DNA of 64,000 nt from a virus. Location: the IMG/VR virus record IMGVR_UViG_3300027754_003462; one strand, given 5' to 3'. Position numbers and translations under genes: made by a program. The notes below the pieces were generated by a model that did no database searches, was not told where the DNA came from, and saw only the letters and a program-made list of their open reading frames with translations. Shown here one piece after another: positions 8,421 through 18,167 of the stretch (position 1 is the first letter of the stretch; every line of letters begins with the position of its first letter).

Positions 8421-9063
8421 ACACTATGGATGGCAATTTCCCGACTTTGAAACACACCTGCCACGGATGATTAAGAAAAGCGTGGACAAAGGCTTGCCGC
8501 CCGAATATCAAATTGCCGTACGACGTCGCAGTATTGAGTTATGTAAAAAACGAGATGTAGCATTGGATATTGGTGCCAACGTGGGATTATGGTCACGTGA
8601 TCTTGTGAAAAGTTTTGGCCGTGTGATAGCATTTGAACCTGTTGGCATATTTAGAGAATGCCTGGAACGCAATGTCGTAGGCGATAACTTTGAAGTGCGT
8701 CCCATTGCGCTGGGCGATCAGGATACGCAGGGCACAATGATCATTACCGAAGACAATTCTGGACATAGTCATCTTGATCCTGCTTCTATGGGCACAGGCG
8801 ATGTACAAGTTGTTCGTCTTGACAACTTGAACTTTCACGACATAAGTTATATCAAAATTGACTGCGAAGGCTATGAGTATCGCATACTGCAAGGTGCCGA
8901 ACAAACCATTCGACGTTGCAGACCCATTGTGGTGATAGAGCAAAAACCACATGATGCTTACAGCAAACAATACGGGCAGTTTGCGGCGGTTGGCTTGCTG
9001 GAAGATTGGGGCATGGTAAAACTAGATCAAGTACGTGATGATTGGATCATGGGGTGGCAATAA
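8413..9063 (+). CDS. FkbM-family methyltransferase
   Basis: ALDIGANVG, AFEP, IKIDCEGYE; start MREHYGW follows AGGAG. Confidence 0.9.
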   Translation: MREHYGWQFPDFETHLPRMIKKSVDKGLPPEYQIAVRRRSIELCKKRDVALDIGANVGLWSRDLVKSFGRVIAFEPVGIFRECLERNVVGDNFEVRPIALGDQDTQGTMIITEDNSGHSHLDPASMGTGDVQVVRLDNLNFHDISYIKIDCEGYEYRILQGAEQTIRRCRPIVVIEQKPHDAYSKQYGQFAAVGLLEDWGMVKLDQVRDDWIMGWQ

Positions 9064-9710
9064 CTGCATTTGATCTAGTGGAAATTAAAGAAGGATGGTA
9101 TTGGCCAAAAGATGATACCAATACCTTGAGATTTCTACTAGAAAATTTTGATTTACCTGATAAAATATCCAGTTATGTTAATAACAAAAAAGTTGTAGTG
9201 CAAGCTGGTGGCAATTGCGGTATATACCCAAAACAATATTCAAAAATTTTTGATGCTGTTTATACGTTTGAACCAGACTGGCTGAATTTTTATTGTTTAG
9301 TAATGAATTGCCCTGAAGAAAATATTATTAAATCTCAAGGATGTCTCGGTAGTGATCCTGGATTGGTAAATCTTCATATCAAATCTAAGAGCAGGGGAAA
9401 AAGTTTTATTAACGGCGTTGGTTTCTATCCGATTTATCTAATAGACAATTTAGGATTAACAGCATGTGACTTAATACACTTGGACATAGAAGGCTATGAA
9501 TATTTTGCTCTTAGCGGTGCTGTGTCTACTATCAATAAATTCAAACCAGTTATAGCCATTGAAATGTGGGATCCGCCTCCAAAAAAATATCTAAATAGAT
9601 TTGGGGACAACATCAATCAAAAAACCAAAGACCTACTGACATCATTGGGTTACACACATGTTAACACCCTGAACGAATCTGACTGGATATACACATGCGA
9701 ACAAAAATAA
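9042..9710 (+). CDS. FkbM-family methyltransferase
   Basis: VQAGGNCG, TFEPD, IHLDIEGYE; true start may be the GTG at 9054. Confidence 0.87.
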   Translation: MDHGVAITAFDLVEIKEGWYWPKDDTNTLRFLLENFDLPDKISSYVNNKKVVVQAGGNCGIYPKQYSKIFDAVYTFEPDWLNFYCLVMNCPEENIIKSQGCLGSDPGLVNLHIKSKSRGKSFINGVGFYPIYLIDNLGLTACDLIHLDIEGYEYFALSGAVSTINKFKPVIAIEMWDPPPKKYLNRFGDNINQKTKDLLTSLGYTHVNTLNESDWIYTCEQK

Positions 9711-10381
9711 TAGTGTTACAAAATAATGATCTGTCTCAAACAGTGGCACAAGATTGCATAGAACAGGCTAGAAAATTTGGAATCCACGCCGAAGTATTTG
9801 ACGCTATAAACGGATTTGATGCGGCTGCGCATCTAGAATTATTAAACATAAATCCACTGGGAAAATTTAAAAAAGGAAGAGTTGGAATAGTTGGGTGTTT
9901 GCTAAGTCATTATTATTTGTGGCTTGATTGTATCAAAGACAATGTTCCTTATCTTGTGCTAGAGCATGATGGATATTTTATCAAGCCATTGCCAGACAAT
10001 ATTTTAGATTCATTTGATGATGTTATCAAATTAGATTCTGGTAACCCTTACAGCGATTCTTATGAACACTGGTTAACAACCCACGAGAATGATACTTCGT
10101 CAACTTACATCATTGAAGATCGCGAAGGTGGCGGGGGAAATCGTGAAACTGCCGCTGGCTGGAATAGCATGGGTGCCTATGCATATATTATCAAACCGCA
10201 TGCGGCAGAAAAACTAGTTGGTTGGGTCAAAGCCAATGGGTTCCTTCCAACTGATTGGCTAATAGGTACAAAAATTGTTAATATAACCCACTACCGGCCT
10301 ACTATTGCAAGATTACACCCACTGTATGCAACAGATGGTAATATTAAAAAATTGTCTACCACAATGAATTTGGAGAAATAA
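9695..10381 (+). CDS. GT25 (LPS biosynthesis-type) glycosyltransferase
   Basis: FDAING, GCLLSH..LW, VLEHDG, GAYAYII...AAEKL. Confidence 0.8.
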   Translation: MRTKIIVLQNNDLSQTVAQDCIEQARKFGIHAEVFDAINGFDAAAHLELLNINPLGKFKKGRVGIVGCLLSHYYLWLDCIKDNVPYLVLEHDGYFIKPLPDNILDSFDDVIKLDSGNPYSDSYEHWLTTHENDTSSTYIIEDREGGGGNRETAAGWNSMGAYAYIIKPHAAEKLVGWVKANGFLPTDWLIGTKIVNITHYRPTIARLHPLYATDGNIKKLSTTMNLEK

Positions 10382-10382
10382 C

Positions 10383-11006
10383 ATGAATAACGAACAAGAT
10401 AAAAGTGCCGAGGATTCTGCTACCTGGGCTCGTAAATGGACCAAAGAACGATATATAGCCAAGCACCGATCTAGTTGGGAAATAGCAGATGCTTATCTCA
10501 ATCAACCCATAGGAAGATTGTTGGATATTGGATGTGGCTTTGCCTGGGAAAGCCGCTGGTTCAATGAAAAGTATGGCACAGAACTTTGGTTGTTGGATGG
10601 AGACTCTAGTACCAATGCTACCAAGCCCGAAACTGCCAGTTACGGTAACTGGAATACAGACTCTAGTGAACTAAAATTTTATCACACCTTTGATTTCTTG
10701 GATTCTAAATTAAAAGAACTAGGTACAAAAAATTACCATCTAGTAGACGCTAATAATATCAACATACCCGATGATGTTAAATTTGATGTTATCACATCGT
10801 GGCTCAGTTGCGGTCATCACTATCCGGTAAAGACCTATATAGATCTCATGCGTCAACACTCGCATGAACATACTAGAATTATTTTAGACATCAGATGCAA
10901 GGGCACAGCCACAAACTACATTGGCGTAGATGGATTTGAAGTTGTGAATGTTGTGAGTAATGCAGGCGGCAAAAAACGTGCTACCGTGGAGATAAAGTTG
11001 TTATGA
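10383..11006 (+). CDS. Class I SAM-dependent methyltransferase
   Basis: LLDIGCG, FDVITSWLSCGHHYP. Confidence 0.8.
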   Translation: MNNEQDKSAEDSATWARKWTKERYIAKHRSSWEIADAYLNQPIGRLLDIGCGFAWESRWFNEKYGTELWLLDGDSSTNATKPETASYGNWNTDSSELKFYHTFDFLDSKLKELGTKNYHLVDANNINIPDDVKFDVITSWLSCGHHYPVKTYIDLMRQHSHEHTRIILDIRCKGTATNYIGVDGFEVVNVVSNAGGKKRATVEIKLL

Positions 11007-11677
11007 CTAGTGCATACTACGAAGAATCAGTTAGACTGGGTCGTGAGTTCCAGGTCAACAACAAGAGTTGGGCTGGATACGACGTTGTAAAATATCAGAA
11101 GTGTATCAAAGATCTGGTGGATCGCTATGGTGCAAAAACTATACTAGACTACGGATGTGGCAAAGGCCTGCAATACAAAGAGCGACTGCCGTATGGCGGC
11201 GGTGCTGGGATTGAGTTACCTGAAGAAGAATGGAAAACGTTTGATGAATATTTAGGTGTTACAGTTTATTGTTATGATCCTTGCGTGGCAGGCTTTGAAC
11301 AACTGCCGCCTGCGGGTACTAAATTTGATGGGGTTATTTGCACACAGGTGCTGAATAGTATTCCTGACGCAGACATGACTTGGGTACGTGAGCGGCTAGA
11401 ATCTTATGCTGAACAGTTTTGTTTTGTTGGTGTAAACTTCCAACGTGAAGCCAAAGGTAAGAAAAGCATGTACGATCCTGCTCACTTTCCGCTGCCAAGA
11501 ACACGAGAGTTCTTCCGTAGTTACTATCAAGACTGGAACTCCAGTGACTTGTTCTGGTGGTGGAAAGATCGTCCTTACTACGACACCTGGTTGGATGAAC
11601 AATTAAATCAGACCTGGCAAGATGTCCCAGATACCTTCAGCGGTAAGTATGAATACATAGAGGTAAATCACCGATGA
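11003..11677 (+). CDS. Class I SAM-dependent methyltransferase
   Basis: ILDYGCGKG, YDP, FDGVICTQVL. Confidence 0.82.
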   Translation: MTSAYYEESVRLGREFQVNNKSWAGYDVVKYQKCIKDLVDRYGAKTILDYGCGKGLQYKERLPYGGGAGIELPEEEWKTFDEYLGVTVYCYDPCVAGFEQLPPAGTKFDGVICTQVLNSIPDADMTWVRERLESYAEQFCFVGVNFQREAKGKKSMYDPAHFPLPRTREFFRSYYQDWNSSDLFWWWKDRPYYDTWLDEQLNQTWQDVPDTFSGKYEYIEVNHR

Positions 11678-12231
11678 TAATAGATCCTGAATATCAAGCA
11701 CAATTGGCTACCATGCACAGCCAAGGTCAATTTGTTAGAGGTGGTAAAACTTTAAAAAGTGTACGACCGTTCTTGGAAAAATATCAACCTACTAGTGTGT
11801 TAGACTTTGGATGTGGCCACGGTGCGCTGATGGCCAGCATACAACAAAAATACCCCAATATGCGTGTGGAAGGTTATGACCCAGGAAATCCTGACCATAA
11901 TCGAGTTCCCAAACGTTCATTCGATGCTGTGGTCAGTGCAGATGTATTTGAGCACATTGAACCCAGCCACCTGGCTGAAACATTACGCATGATCAGCGAC
12001 AAGATGATTGTTGCTGGATGGTTCAGAATTGCCTGCTATCCTGCAAAGAAACACCTGCCTGATGGTCGTAACGCTCACTTGATTGTGGAGTCCCCTGCAT
12101 GGTGGCGGGAACAACTGCTGGCCAACATGGATATCACCATTGTGTCAGAAGCGATCTCTGTAGTTGACAAAAGTCAAAAGTGGCCCGATGTTGTGGGACA
12201 CAACTATGATGTTGTGGTAGAGGTCAAGTAG
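11674..12231 (+). CDS. Class I SAM-dependent methyltransferase
   Basis: VLDFGCGHG, YDPG, DVFEHIEP, LPDGRNAHLI. Confidence 0.85.
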   Translation: MIIDPEYQAQLATMHSQGQFVRGGKTLKSVRPFLEKYQPTSVLDFGCGHGALMASIQQKYPNMRVEGYDPGNPDHNRVPKRSFDAVVSADVFEHIEPSHLAETLRMISDKMIVAGWFRIACYPAKKHLPDGRNAHLIVESPAWWREQLLANMDITIVSEAISVVDKSQKWPDVVGHNYDVVVEVK

Positions 12232-13148
12232 GGCAGGAACTTTTGCCAGATGCGTCCTGCCTGTGCATCTGCGTCTGACCAGTGTGCGGCGGCTAGGTCA
12301 TGCAACCATTGCTCTCGAGCAAATACAGCAGGTGATTCAATTTGAGCAATATCTTGATTGGCCACCGCCCAGGCTACACAACTTGAATCATCCGCAAACA
12401 CAGGTATGCCAGCACACACAGCCGCTACACTGGCACTGCTGTTGAAGAATACTGCGGCATGAGCACCGTTTAGATTGTCTGTCAACTGCGTAATTGCAGG
12501 ATCCGCTATCATGATGCTGGTATCGTTATTGAGTTGTCTTTTGTTCCACTTGTGAAAATCTTCAGATCTATAATCTCCTGGGTGAGGACGTATCATGATC
12601 TGGCGTTGGGTATGTTGTCGAATTTGTCTAATTTTTCCATTAAGCCATGTCATGGGATCCAATGCTTTCATGCTAAAGCCGCCATCACGTTGCATACAAA
12701 TCAAAACATGACCCTGAAGATTTGATTGTGGAGATTTTAATTCAATATGTAATGCTTGTCGGATTTCGTCCCACTTACTTGAGTCGCTGTTATGATTGGC
12801 GTATTCAGCACGATCATAGAACGGTCCATTCAAACTGTAGCGTAGATACCTACTGCCGTCATCCGTATACTTCCAACAACTAGCATCAATACACATGGTA
12901 TCGAGTCCACGTCTACGTTGTTCTGCTATGATTTCTTTGCGTAAGGTTATGTTACGTCCACCGGTGTTGGTGGTTGCCCAGCCCAACATCACTGCCAGAC
13001 GACTGGGTGTGTAAACATAATCTCGTTCAACACGCACTAGGCCTCCTGAACTGGCCACCCCTGTGGCAAAACTTTCAAGACATTGAGTTTTGCGTGTGTG
13101 CTTTTTAACATTGGCCACACTGGAAACATAAACCACACAATCAAGCAT
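12204..13148 (-). CDS. Putative glycosyltransferase, KpsS/KpsC-like paralog 3
   Basis: LICMQRD, IRPHPG, HAAVFFNSS...AVCAGIPVF. Confidence 0.6.
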   Translation of the reverse strand: MLDCVVYVSSVANVKKHTRKTQCLESFATGVASSGGLVRVERDYVYTPSRLAVMLGWATTNTGGRNITLRKEIIAEQRRRGLDTMCIDASCWKYTDDGSRYLRYSLNGPFYDRAEYANHNSDSSKWDEIRQALHIELKSPQSNLQGHVLICMQRDGGFSMKALDPMTWLNGKIRQIRQHTQRQIMIRPHPGDYRSEDFHKWNKRQLNNDTSIMIADPAITQLTDNLNGAHAAVFFNSSASVAAVCAGIPVFADDSSCVAWAVANQDIAQIESPAVFAREQWLHDLAAAHWSDADAQAGRIWQKFLPYLTSTTTS

Positions 13149-14142
13149 TGTTTAATATGCGCCAGGCTGTGCCATCACGCATGTCCACTTCTGTAAATTG
13201 ACAATATGCCATGTGTCGTGCCCAGGCTTCCACTTCCTCTAGGCTGGGTCGGCGCGGGTTTTCTATTTCAGCAAGACTTTGACTACACAACGGTCCGGCC
13301 GCATTTGGACCCAGTGTGATTGCTGGTTTACCATGTAGCAAGGCTTCGCCTGCGGCAATACTGGAGAATGTGACCAAGCAATGCACATCACGATCCAAGG
13401 CCATCTCTATTGTGTCATCAAAAATTCTGGCACTACGACCCTGTTTGGTTCTTACAACAACAGGTCTGTCTGAGTACTTTTTGATTTCTTGTTGTACAGT
13501 CTCCAACCAATCGTCAAGTATGATATCGTAGTTGTTCAGTAACTTTTGACTGGGCGGTGCCAAAAGAATATTTGTGCCCGGGCGCATTTTTTTTGGTCTT
13601 GCATTGGTTTTTTCTAGTCTGTCCCAGGGACGTTCTACAATATCACCAAACCATTGCACATCATTTTTGGTAATTCTGTGATACAGTTTTCTTTTACCGT
13701 TACCAAAGTAGCCAGTGTCAATATAGTAGAAATCTCTTCCTGAGGCGCGGCAGGCATCCATTTGTTTGCGTTTGGTGATGCCACGCAACACCACAGCAGT
13801 TTCTGTGTGTTCTTCTCGGGCCCAGGTGCTGATTTGACCCCCGGCACCTTGTACAAAACTGCTTAGTATGGGATCGTACATATGACCTTTTCTTTCGTAT
13901 CTGTATTCGCTGTCGGTGCTCACTATGTTGTTGACCGGTAGCGCCGCCAATTGTTCACTCAACGTTTGGAGTGTGATACCGTAAGTGGATCCTGCTGGAT
14001 CCACTCGATACTTTAGTATGTTATCAAATATTTCCCGTATCTCAGGAACCACTTGATCTAACACATGCGGTTCGGGCGGAGCAGGAGGTTCTGGCGGCGG
14101 AGGCGGAATATATGATGATTCGTCTTCCTGTTCCCAGATCAT
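13141..14142 (-). CDS. Putative glycosyltransferase, KpsS/KpsC-like paralog 4, with Pro-rich N-terminal extension
   Basis: YYIDTGY, HCLVTFSS...ALLHGKP, MAYCQF; start MIWEQ overlaps the upstream stop (ATGA). Confidence 0.6.
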   Translation of the reverse strand: MIWEQEDESSYIPPPPPEPPAPPEPHVLDQVVPEIREIFDNILKYRVDPAGSTYGITLQTLSEQLAALPVNNIVSTDSEYRYERKGHMYDPILSSFVQGAGGQISTWAREEHTETAVVLRGITKRKQMDACRASGRDFYYIDTGYFGNGKRKLYHRITKNDVQWFGDIVERPWDRLEKTNARPKKMRPGTNILLAPPSQKLLNNYDIILDDWLETVQQEIKKYSDRPVVVRTKQGRSARIFDDTIEMALDRDVHCLVTFSSIAAGEALLHGKPAITLGPNAAGPLCSQSLAEIENPRRPSLEEVEAWARHMAYCQFTEVDMRDGTAWRILNNA

Positions 14143-14828
14143 TCTATTGACCTTTGCTGGCAATATTCAGTTAGTATGCGTTCTCTGTGCCATTCACTAC
14201 CCATGGGAGTGTCAGCAAACTCGTGAAAGCATGGAGTGCCCAGGGTGTAATGCAACAACTTGGCCGCGGGATTAGGCCCGTATTCATCGGGTAACCAGTT
14301 CCATTCTGGCGGCAATTCACCAATGCGAGTATCATCCAACCACGAGAAGCGGTGGAGTTCACTACCTGTGGATCGTTGCACAAACTCAGGAGAAAGTTTA
14401 CGATTGGGAAAACTATTACAATTCCACAAAATAACACTAGACCAATTTTTTCTAGGATAGTCTTCATTTTTAGAACCTAGGTATTTCACAGGCATGCGAG
14501 TCTTGTAGACATGCTTGACCACTTGCACGTCTTTGGTAACATCTTTCATAGCCCAAAGTTCTGCAACATCACCACGCACAATCATGTCACCGTCAATGAA
14601 GATAGCCGAACCCGAAAATCCCATCAAGTACGGCACCAAAAATCTTGTGTAGATAAAGTGATTGCTACCGTCAGTGTGTGTTTCCGAATAGTCCCGGAAC
14701 AGATTCAGTGCTACAGGCACAATACTCACAGGTCTGCTTGCGTGTCTAATAATGCTGTTGACACAGGTGTGATATGCTATGGCCTCACGCGGATCATAGC
14801 CAATAAAGATTGGTATAATGTCTTTCAT
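14139..14828 (-). CDS. GT-A fold glycosyltransferase
   Basis: FIGYDPRE, TRFLVP, FIDGD (DxD), YPRKNWSS, LHYTLGTP. Confidence 0.8.
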   Translation of the reverse strand: MKDIIPIFIGYDPREAIAYHTCVNSIIRHASRPVSIVPVALNLFRDYSETHTDGSNHFIYTRFLVPYLMGFSGSAIFIDGDMIVRGDVAELWAMKDVTKDVQVVKHVYKTRMPVKYLGSKNEDYPRKNWSSVILWNCNSFPNRKLSPEFVQRSTGSELHRFSWLDDTRIGELPPEWNWLPDEYGPNPAAKLLHYTLGTPCFHEFADTPMGSEWHRERILTEYCQQRSIE

Positions 14829-15580
14829 CTGCGCTCGATATCCTCTTCTACACAATTCTCACCGTATTGTATTTCAATTAGTTTGAGTGGTTGGTCAGTT
14901 TCGTTGCACAACATGTGCCATTGATTTTTAGCAATCCAAATATATTCGTGCGGTCCATATGTACCTACCAAGTCGTGATCGCTTGAACTGTCTAGTGTGT
15001 AAACTGCGGCTTCACCTTGGGCCACAAACCAAAACTCTGCACGTTGATCGTGACGTTGCATACTCAAACATGTTTTGGGTGCCACAGTAAGTTCTTTGAG
15101 TTTGGTATGTGTGCCTACTTCGTGTAACACACGATAGTAACCCCAGGCACGTGATGTTTTGGGAGTTTTCCACTCCTCTAATATCCAGGAACTAGAATTG
15201 GCTTTGTCTTCCCCTCCGACCCCAAACACAAATTCCACATCATCAAATACCTGTTCTGGAATGTTTTTGGATGTACGGTCTCCGCCGTTGGCAAACACAA
15301 TTTCATCGTTGGGATATTTTTCCTTGACCTTGCGGATAGCATCAATGCTGGATCCGTCATCGTCGTTGAATTCGATTACTTCCCCAACCATGTGTAGATT
15401 GTCCAACACAATCATGCGTTCGCGCCAGGGCATGAATGGGCGGCCTTTTTTGCGTGTGAGCCACGCATCAGAGTTTAGGCCCACAACCACGTGATCACCC
15501 AGGTGATCAGCATGATTTAGGTAAGAGATATGCCCGGAATGCAGAGGATCAAAGCCACCAGTTACTATGACGATTTTCAT
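14825..15580 (-). CDS. HxGH nucleotidyltransferase (TagD/RfaE domain II-like) fused to a mannose-6-phosphate isomerase-type cupin
   Basis: TGGFDPLHSGH, GLNSD, FANGGDR; C-terminal RAWG...LSMQRH..RAEFW...EIQYG...EEDIER. Confidence 0.85.
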   Translation of the reverse strand: MKIVIVTGGFDPLHSGHISYLNHADHLGDHVVVGLNSDAWLTRKKGRPFMPWRERMIVLDNLHMVGEVIEFNDDDGSSIDAIRKVKEKYPNDEIVFANGGDRTSKNIPEQVFDDVEFVFGVGGEDKANSSSWILEEWKTPKTSRAWGYYRVLHEVGTHTKLKELTVAPKTCLSMQRHDQRAEFWFVAQGEAAVYTLDSSSDHDLVGTYGPHEYIWIAKNQWHMLCNETDQPLKLIEIQYGENCVEEDIERR

Positions 15581-15585
15581 GCAGG

Positions 15586-15591
15586 TATTTA
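15586..15591 (-). promoter_or_regulatory. Putative late promoter core (TAAATA) for the leftward glycan operon
   Basis: TAAATA 5 nt before the ATG; the same hexamer precedes many structural genes in this window. Confidence 0.65.
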
Positions 15592-16041
15592 CACCTGGAT
15601 GTCTTCCATGCCTGCAGTTCTTAGGCGGACCACATGTCCCATTTGCCACTGTTTGGTGTCCAGCCCCTTGAGTATGCCTAACCAGCGATTACGCAGGTAC
15701 GCCACTTCATTGATCAAGGTTTCGTAGTCAATAACTTCGTCTTCGCCGTCCACATACTTTTCAGCATCTCTTGATGTCAGCGCACGAGCGTACCCTTCAA
15801 GATACTTTTGAAAATGTTTTCTACGTATCTTACGCAGTTGGATATTGAGATAGTTTAGTACTGCCTCAATCTCTTGCAGTTGATTGTACCTAAACTCAGT
15901 GATGCCGGGCAAAGCGGTGATATTCTTTTCCACTAGGCCGTAGATCTTGCAGTCCTTTTTGGCATCTTCAAGTTCACGCTCGTAGTGATTTATGAAGTCT
16001 GGGATGGCACCAAGGCTGGCAACTACGCGGCTGTACCACAT
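15589..16041 (-). CDS. uvsY: UvsY-like recombination mediator
   Basis: Helical 150-aa protein with DAEKYVDGE...GLDTKQWQ; located downstream of uvsX. Confidence 0.8.
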   Translation of the reverse strand: MWYSRVVASLGAIPDFINHYERELEDAKKDCKIYGLVEKNITALPGITEFRYNQLQEIEAVLNYLNIQLRKIRRKHFQKYLEGYARALTSRDAEKYVDGEDEVIDYETLINEVAYLRNRWLGILKGLDTKQWQMGHVVRLRTAGMEDIQV

Positions 16042-16304
16042 TAGTTTTCCCAGTCTTCGTCTTCTTCCTCTTCTTCTGACTCATCTTCTTCATCTTCTGC
16101 CGCATAGTCTTTGTCGTTGTCAAGATATGCAGTCAGCGCACGTTTGATGTCTGAATCACCTTTGAAGGCCGCACGAATGTCTTCCACATCACTATCATTG
16201 TCCATCAAGATCTGTATCACAGTTTCCGCAGCTTCGTCACGGTCTACTGTGTTTACAAAACGCTTGAGTTCTCCCCAAATTTCACTGGCTATTGTTTCAC
16301 TCAT
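16041..16304 (-). CDS. Small acidic hypothetical protein
   Basis: 87 aa with D/E-rich tail; coupled between uvsX and uvsY. Confidence 0.75.
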   Translation of the reverse strand: MSETIASEIWGELKRFVNTVDRDEAAETVIQILMDNDSDVEDIRAAFKGDSDIKRALTAYLDNDKDYAAEDEEDESEEEEEDEDWEN

Positions 16305-17355
16305 CTGCTGTTTCCTCCGGAGTACTTACCTCTGCTCTCTGATTTGCAAAGTCTTTCATAACAGTATCGAGACAATTGTCGTCATTGCGTTCCCATGCCT
16401 TACGAAACTTCTTGATCACTTCGCCGTCGCTTGTGGTAAACACCAAACTATTGCCTTCTTTCTTGAGCATGGCTTTCTTCTCAATCAAGTCGGTTAGTCC
16501 CGAATAAGGACTCATTCCAGTTTCGTACGGAATTTTAACTTGTACACCTTCGAAGGGTTTGGCGTAGCGAGTTTTCATTACCTTGCATGCGGCACGAATG
16601 CCCATGACGTCGGTAATCTTGTTACCGTCTTCATCTTCTTTGAGTTTGAGTTTTTTCATGGCAACAACAATCGAACTTGCATAAACAAACCCTTGACCAC
16701 CCGAGATTTTATCGTCAGGATCAAACATGTCTTGACTAGCGTATGTGTGATTGGTACAAACCAAGCCCACATTGTAACTGCCAAACATGTTTACACAGTT
16801 ACGAACCAGTGCAGTAAGTGCTTTGGGTTTACGGCCCATGTCACCTTTCATATCACCCGCATCGAACTGGTTAACGTCAGTAGGGGTAAGCAACATGCCC
16901 AATGAGTCAATAACAAACAACACCTTTGGACGTTCGCCATCTGGTAGTGCTTTGTAGTCGCTCATGAATGTGGAGATTGTTTTGGCCACATCATCGATCA
17001 TGGCCATTGACAATTTCAACAACTTGGTGTCGCTAGTGTCTACCCCAAGATCATGCAACCATTTTTCATCTAGTGCATTTTCACTATCAATCAGCACCAC
17101 ATAGATGCCTTGCTCCTGTGCGTTCTTAATAATGTTCCCAGAACAAATATAACTTTTACCGGCACCCGATTCGCCAGCAAACACAGTAACTTTGCCCAAT
17201 GGTACGCCGCGAGTGAAGTCTCCGCTGATCAGGTAGTTCAAGGCATAGTTGCCTGTTGAGATCCAGTCTGTGGGATCGTTAAATCCAATACTAAGGCCAT
17301 CAATGCTCTTAGTGATTTCCTTGCGGAACTTGCTTACGTCAAATGGTTTTCCCAT
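16297..17355 (-). CDS. uvsX: UvsX/RecA-like recombinase
   Basis: AGESGAGKS, IDSENALD, VIDSLG, NHTY, SGG. Confidence 0.95.
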   Translation of the reverse strand: MGKPFDVSKFRKEITKSIDGLSIGFNDPTDWISTGNYALNYLISGDFTRGVPLGKVTVFAGESGAGKSYICSGNIIKNAQEQGIYVVLIDSENALDEKWLHDLGVDTSDTKLLKLSMAMIDDVAKTISTFMSDYKALPDGERPKVLFVIDSLGMLLTPTDVNQFDAGDMKGDMGRKPKALTALVRNCVNMFGSYNVGLVCTNHTYASQDMFDPDDKISGGQGFVYASSIVVAMKKLKLKEDEDGNKITDVMGIRAACKVMKTRYAKPFEGVQVKIPYETGMSPYSGLTDLIEKKAMLKKEGNSLVFTTSDGEVIKKFRKAWERNDDNCLDTVMKDFANQRAEVSTPEETADE

Positions 17356-17357
17356 GT

Positions 17358-18134
17358 TTACTCCAATGTAATAAAATTATTTTCTATCAGTGAATTCTTA
17401 TAGAACAATTGCCTGTATTGTAACAGATTTTCATCTAGTTTGTCAAAGTTTGCCAGTGGCATTTGGCTACCCACACAGGGCAAACCATGTTGATCACACC
17501 ATGTTTGATATTGTGTTGGCGGTGCCCATGTTTCGGGTCGTGCTACATTCAATTGCAATGTTGTGTATAATTCCGAAAAGTCATTCAAATCAGTATCCAC
17601 AATTGAGTCGTTGTTTTGCCATTTTTGCCAAGTAGATCTACCAAGATTGTTGTAGGCAATAGATATATTGTAAACTCCGAATCCCAATGCCCTTGTACCA
17701 AAACGGTTGGACATTGTGTAATTGGGATCTGGAGTGACTGCTTTGAAATTCAAAGTAGACTCCTCAATAGCATGTATCAATTTATTGATTGCCTCTAGAT
17801 CTCCCGGCAACACATGATCTGCTACAGTAGCAATATTAGGAAAACGTTGATGAAGTTTGACCCACAGTCTGTGTAGATGATTGAGATCATCTTGATTGCC
17901 TGGGTCAAGCTCCATATCAAAATCTGTCAAATGCAATCGATTGTGAACAAAAGATTGTATGCGATCAAAACGTTGTTGTAATTCTTGACTCAGAGAAGCA
18001 TACCCTAGGTCCGACACTGTGTATTGATTTAGAGCACGAGAATTAAGTTGCTCTACAAAATATTCGTAAACACTGTGATCGATAACCGCAAGTTCTATAA
18101 CATCATGAGTTTGAGTCCAGCGCAGTTTTGGCAT
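17358..18134 (-). CDS. Hypothetical protein between gp32 and uvsX
   Basis: Long ORF filling the gap; LNHLHRLW...INKLIHAIE; start uncertain. Confidence 0.7.
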   Translation of the reverse strand: MPKLRWTQTHDVIELAVIDHSVYEYFVEQLNSRALNQYTVSDLGYASLSQELQQRFDRIQSFVHNRLHLTDFDMELDPGNQDDLNHLHRLWVKLHQRFPNIATVADHVLPGDLEAINKLIHAIEESTLNFKAVTPDPNYTMSNRFGTRALGFGVYNISIAYNNLGRSTWQKWQNNDSIVDTDLNDFSELYTTLQLNVARPETWAPPTQYQTWCDQHGLPCVGSQMPLANFDKLDENLLQYRQLFYKNSLIENNFITLE

Positions 18135-18167
18135 ACAATAAAAACAAGGCCCGTAGGCCTTGTTCAA

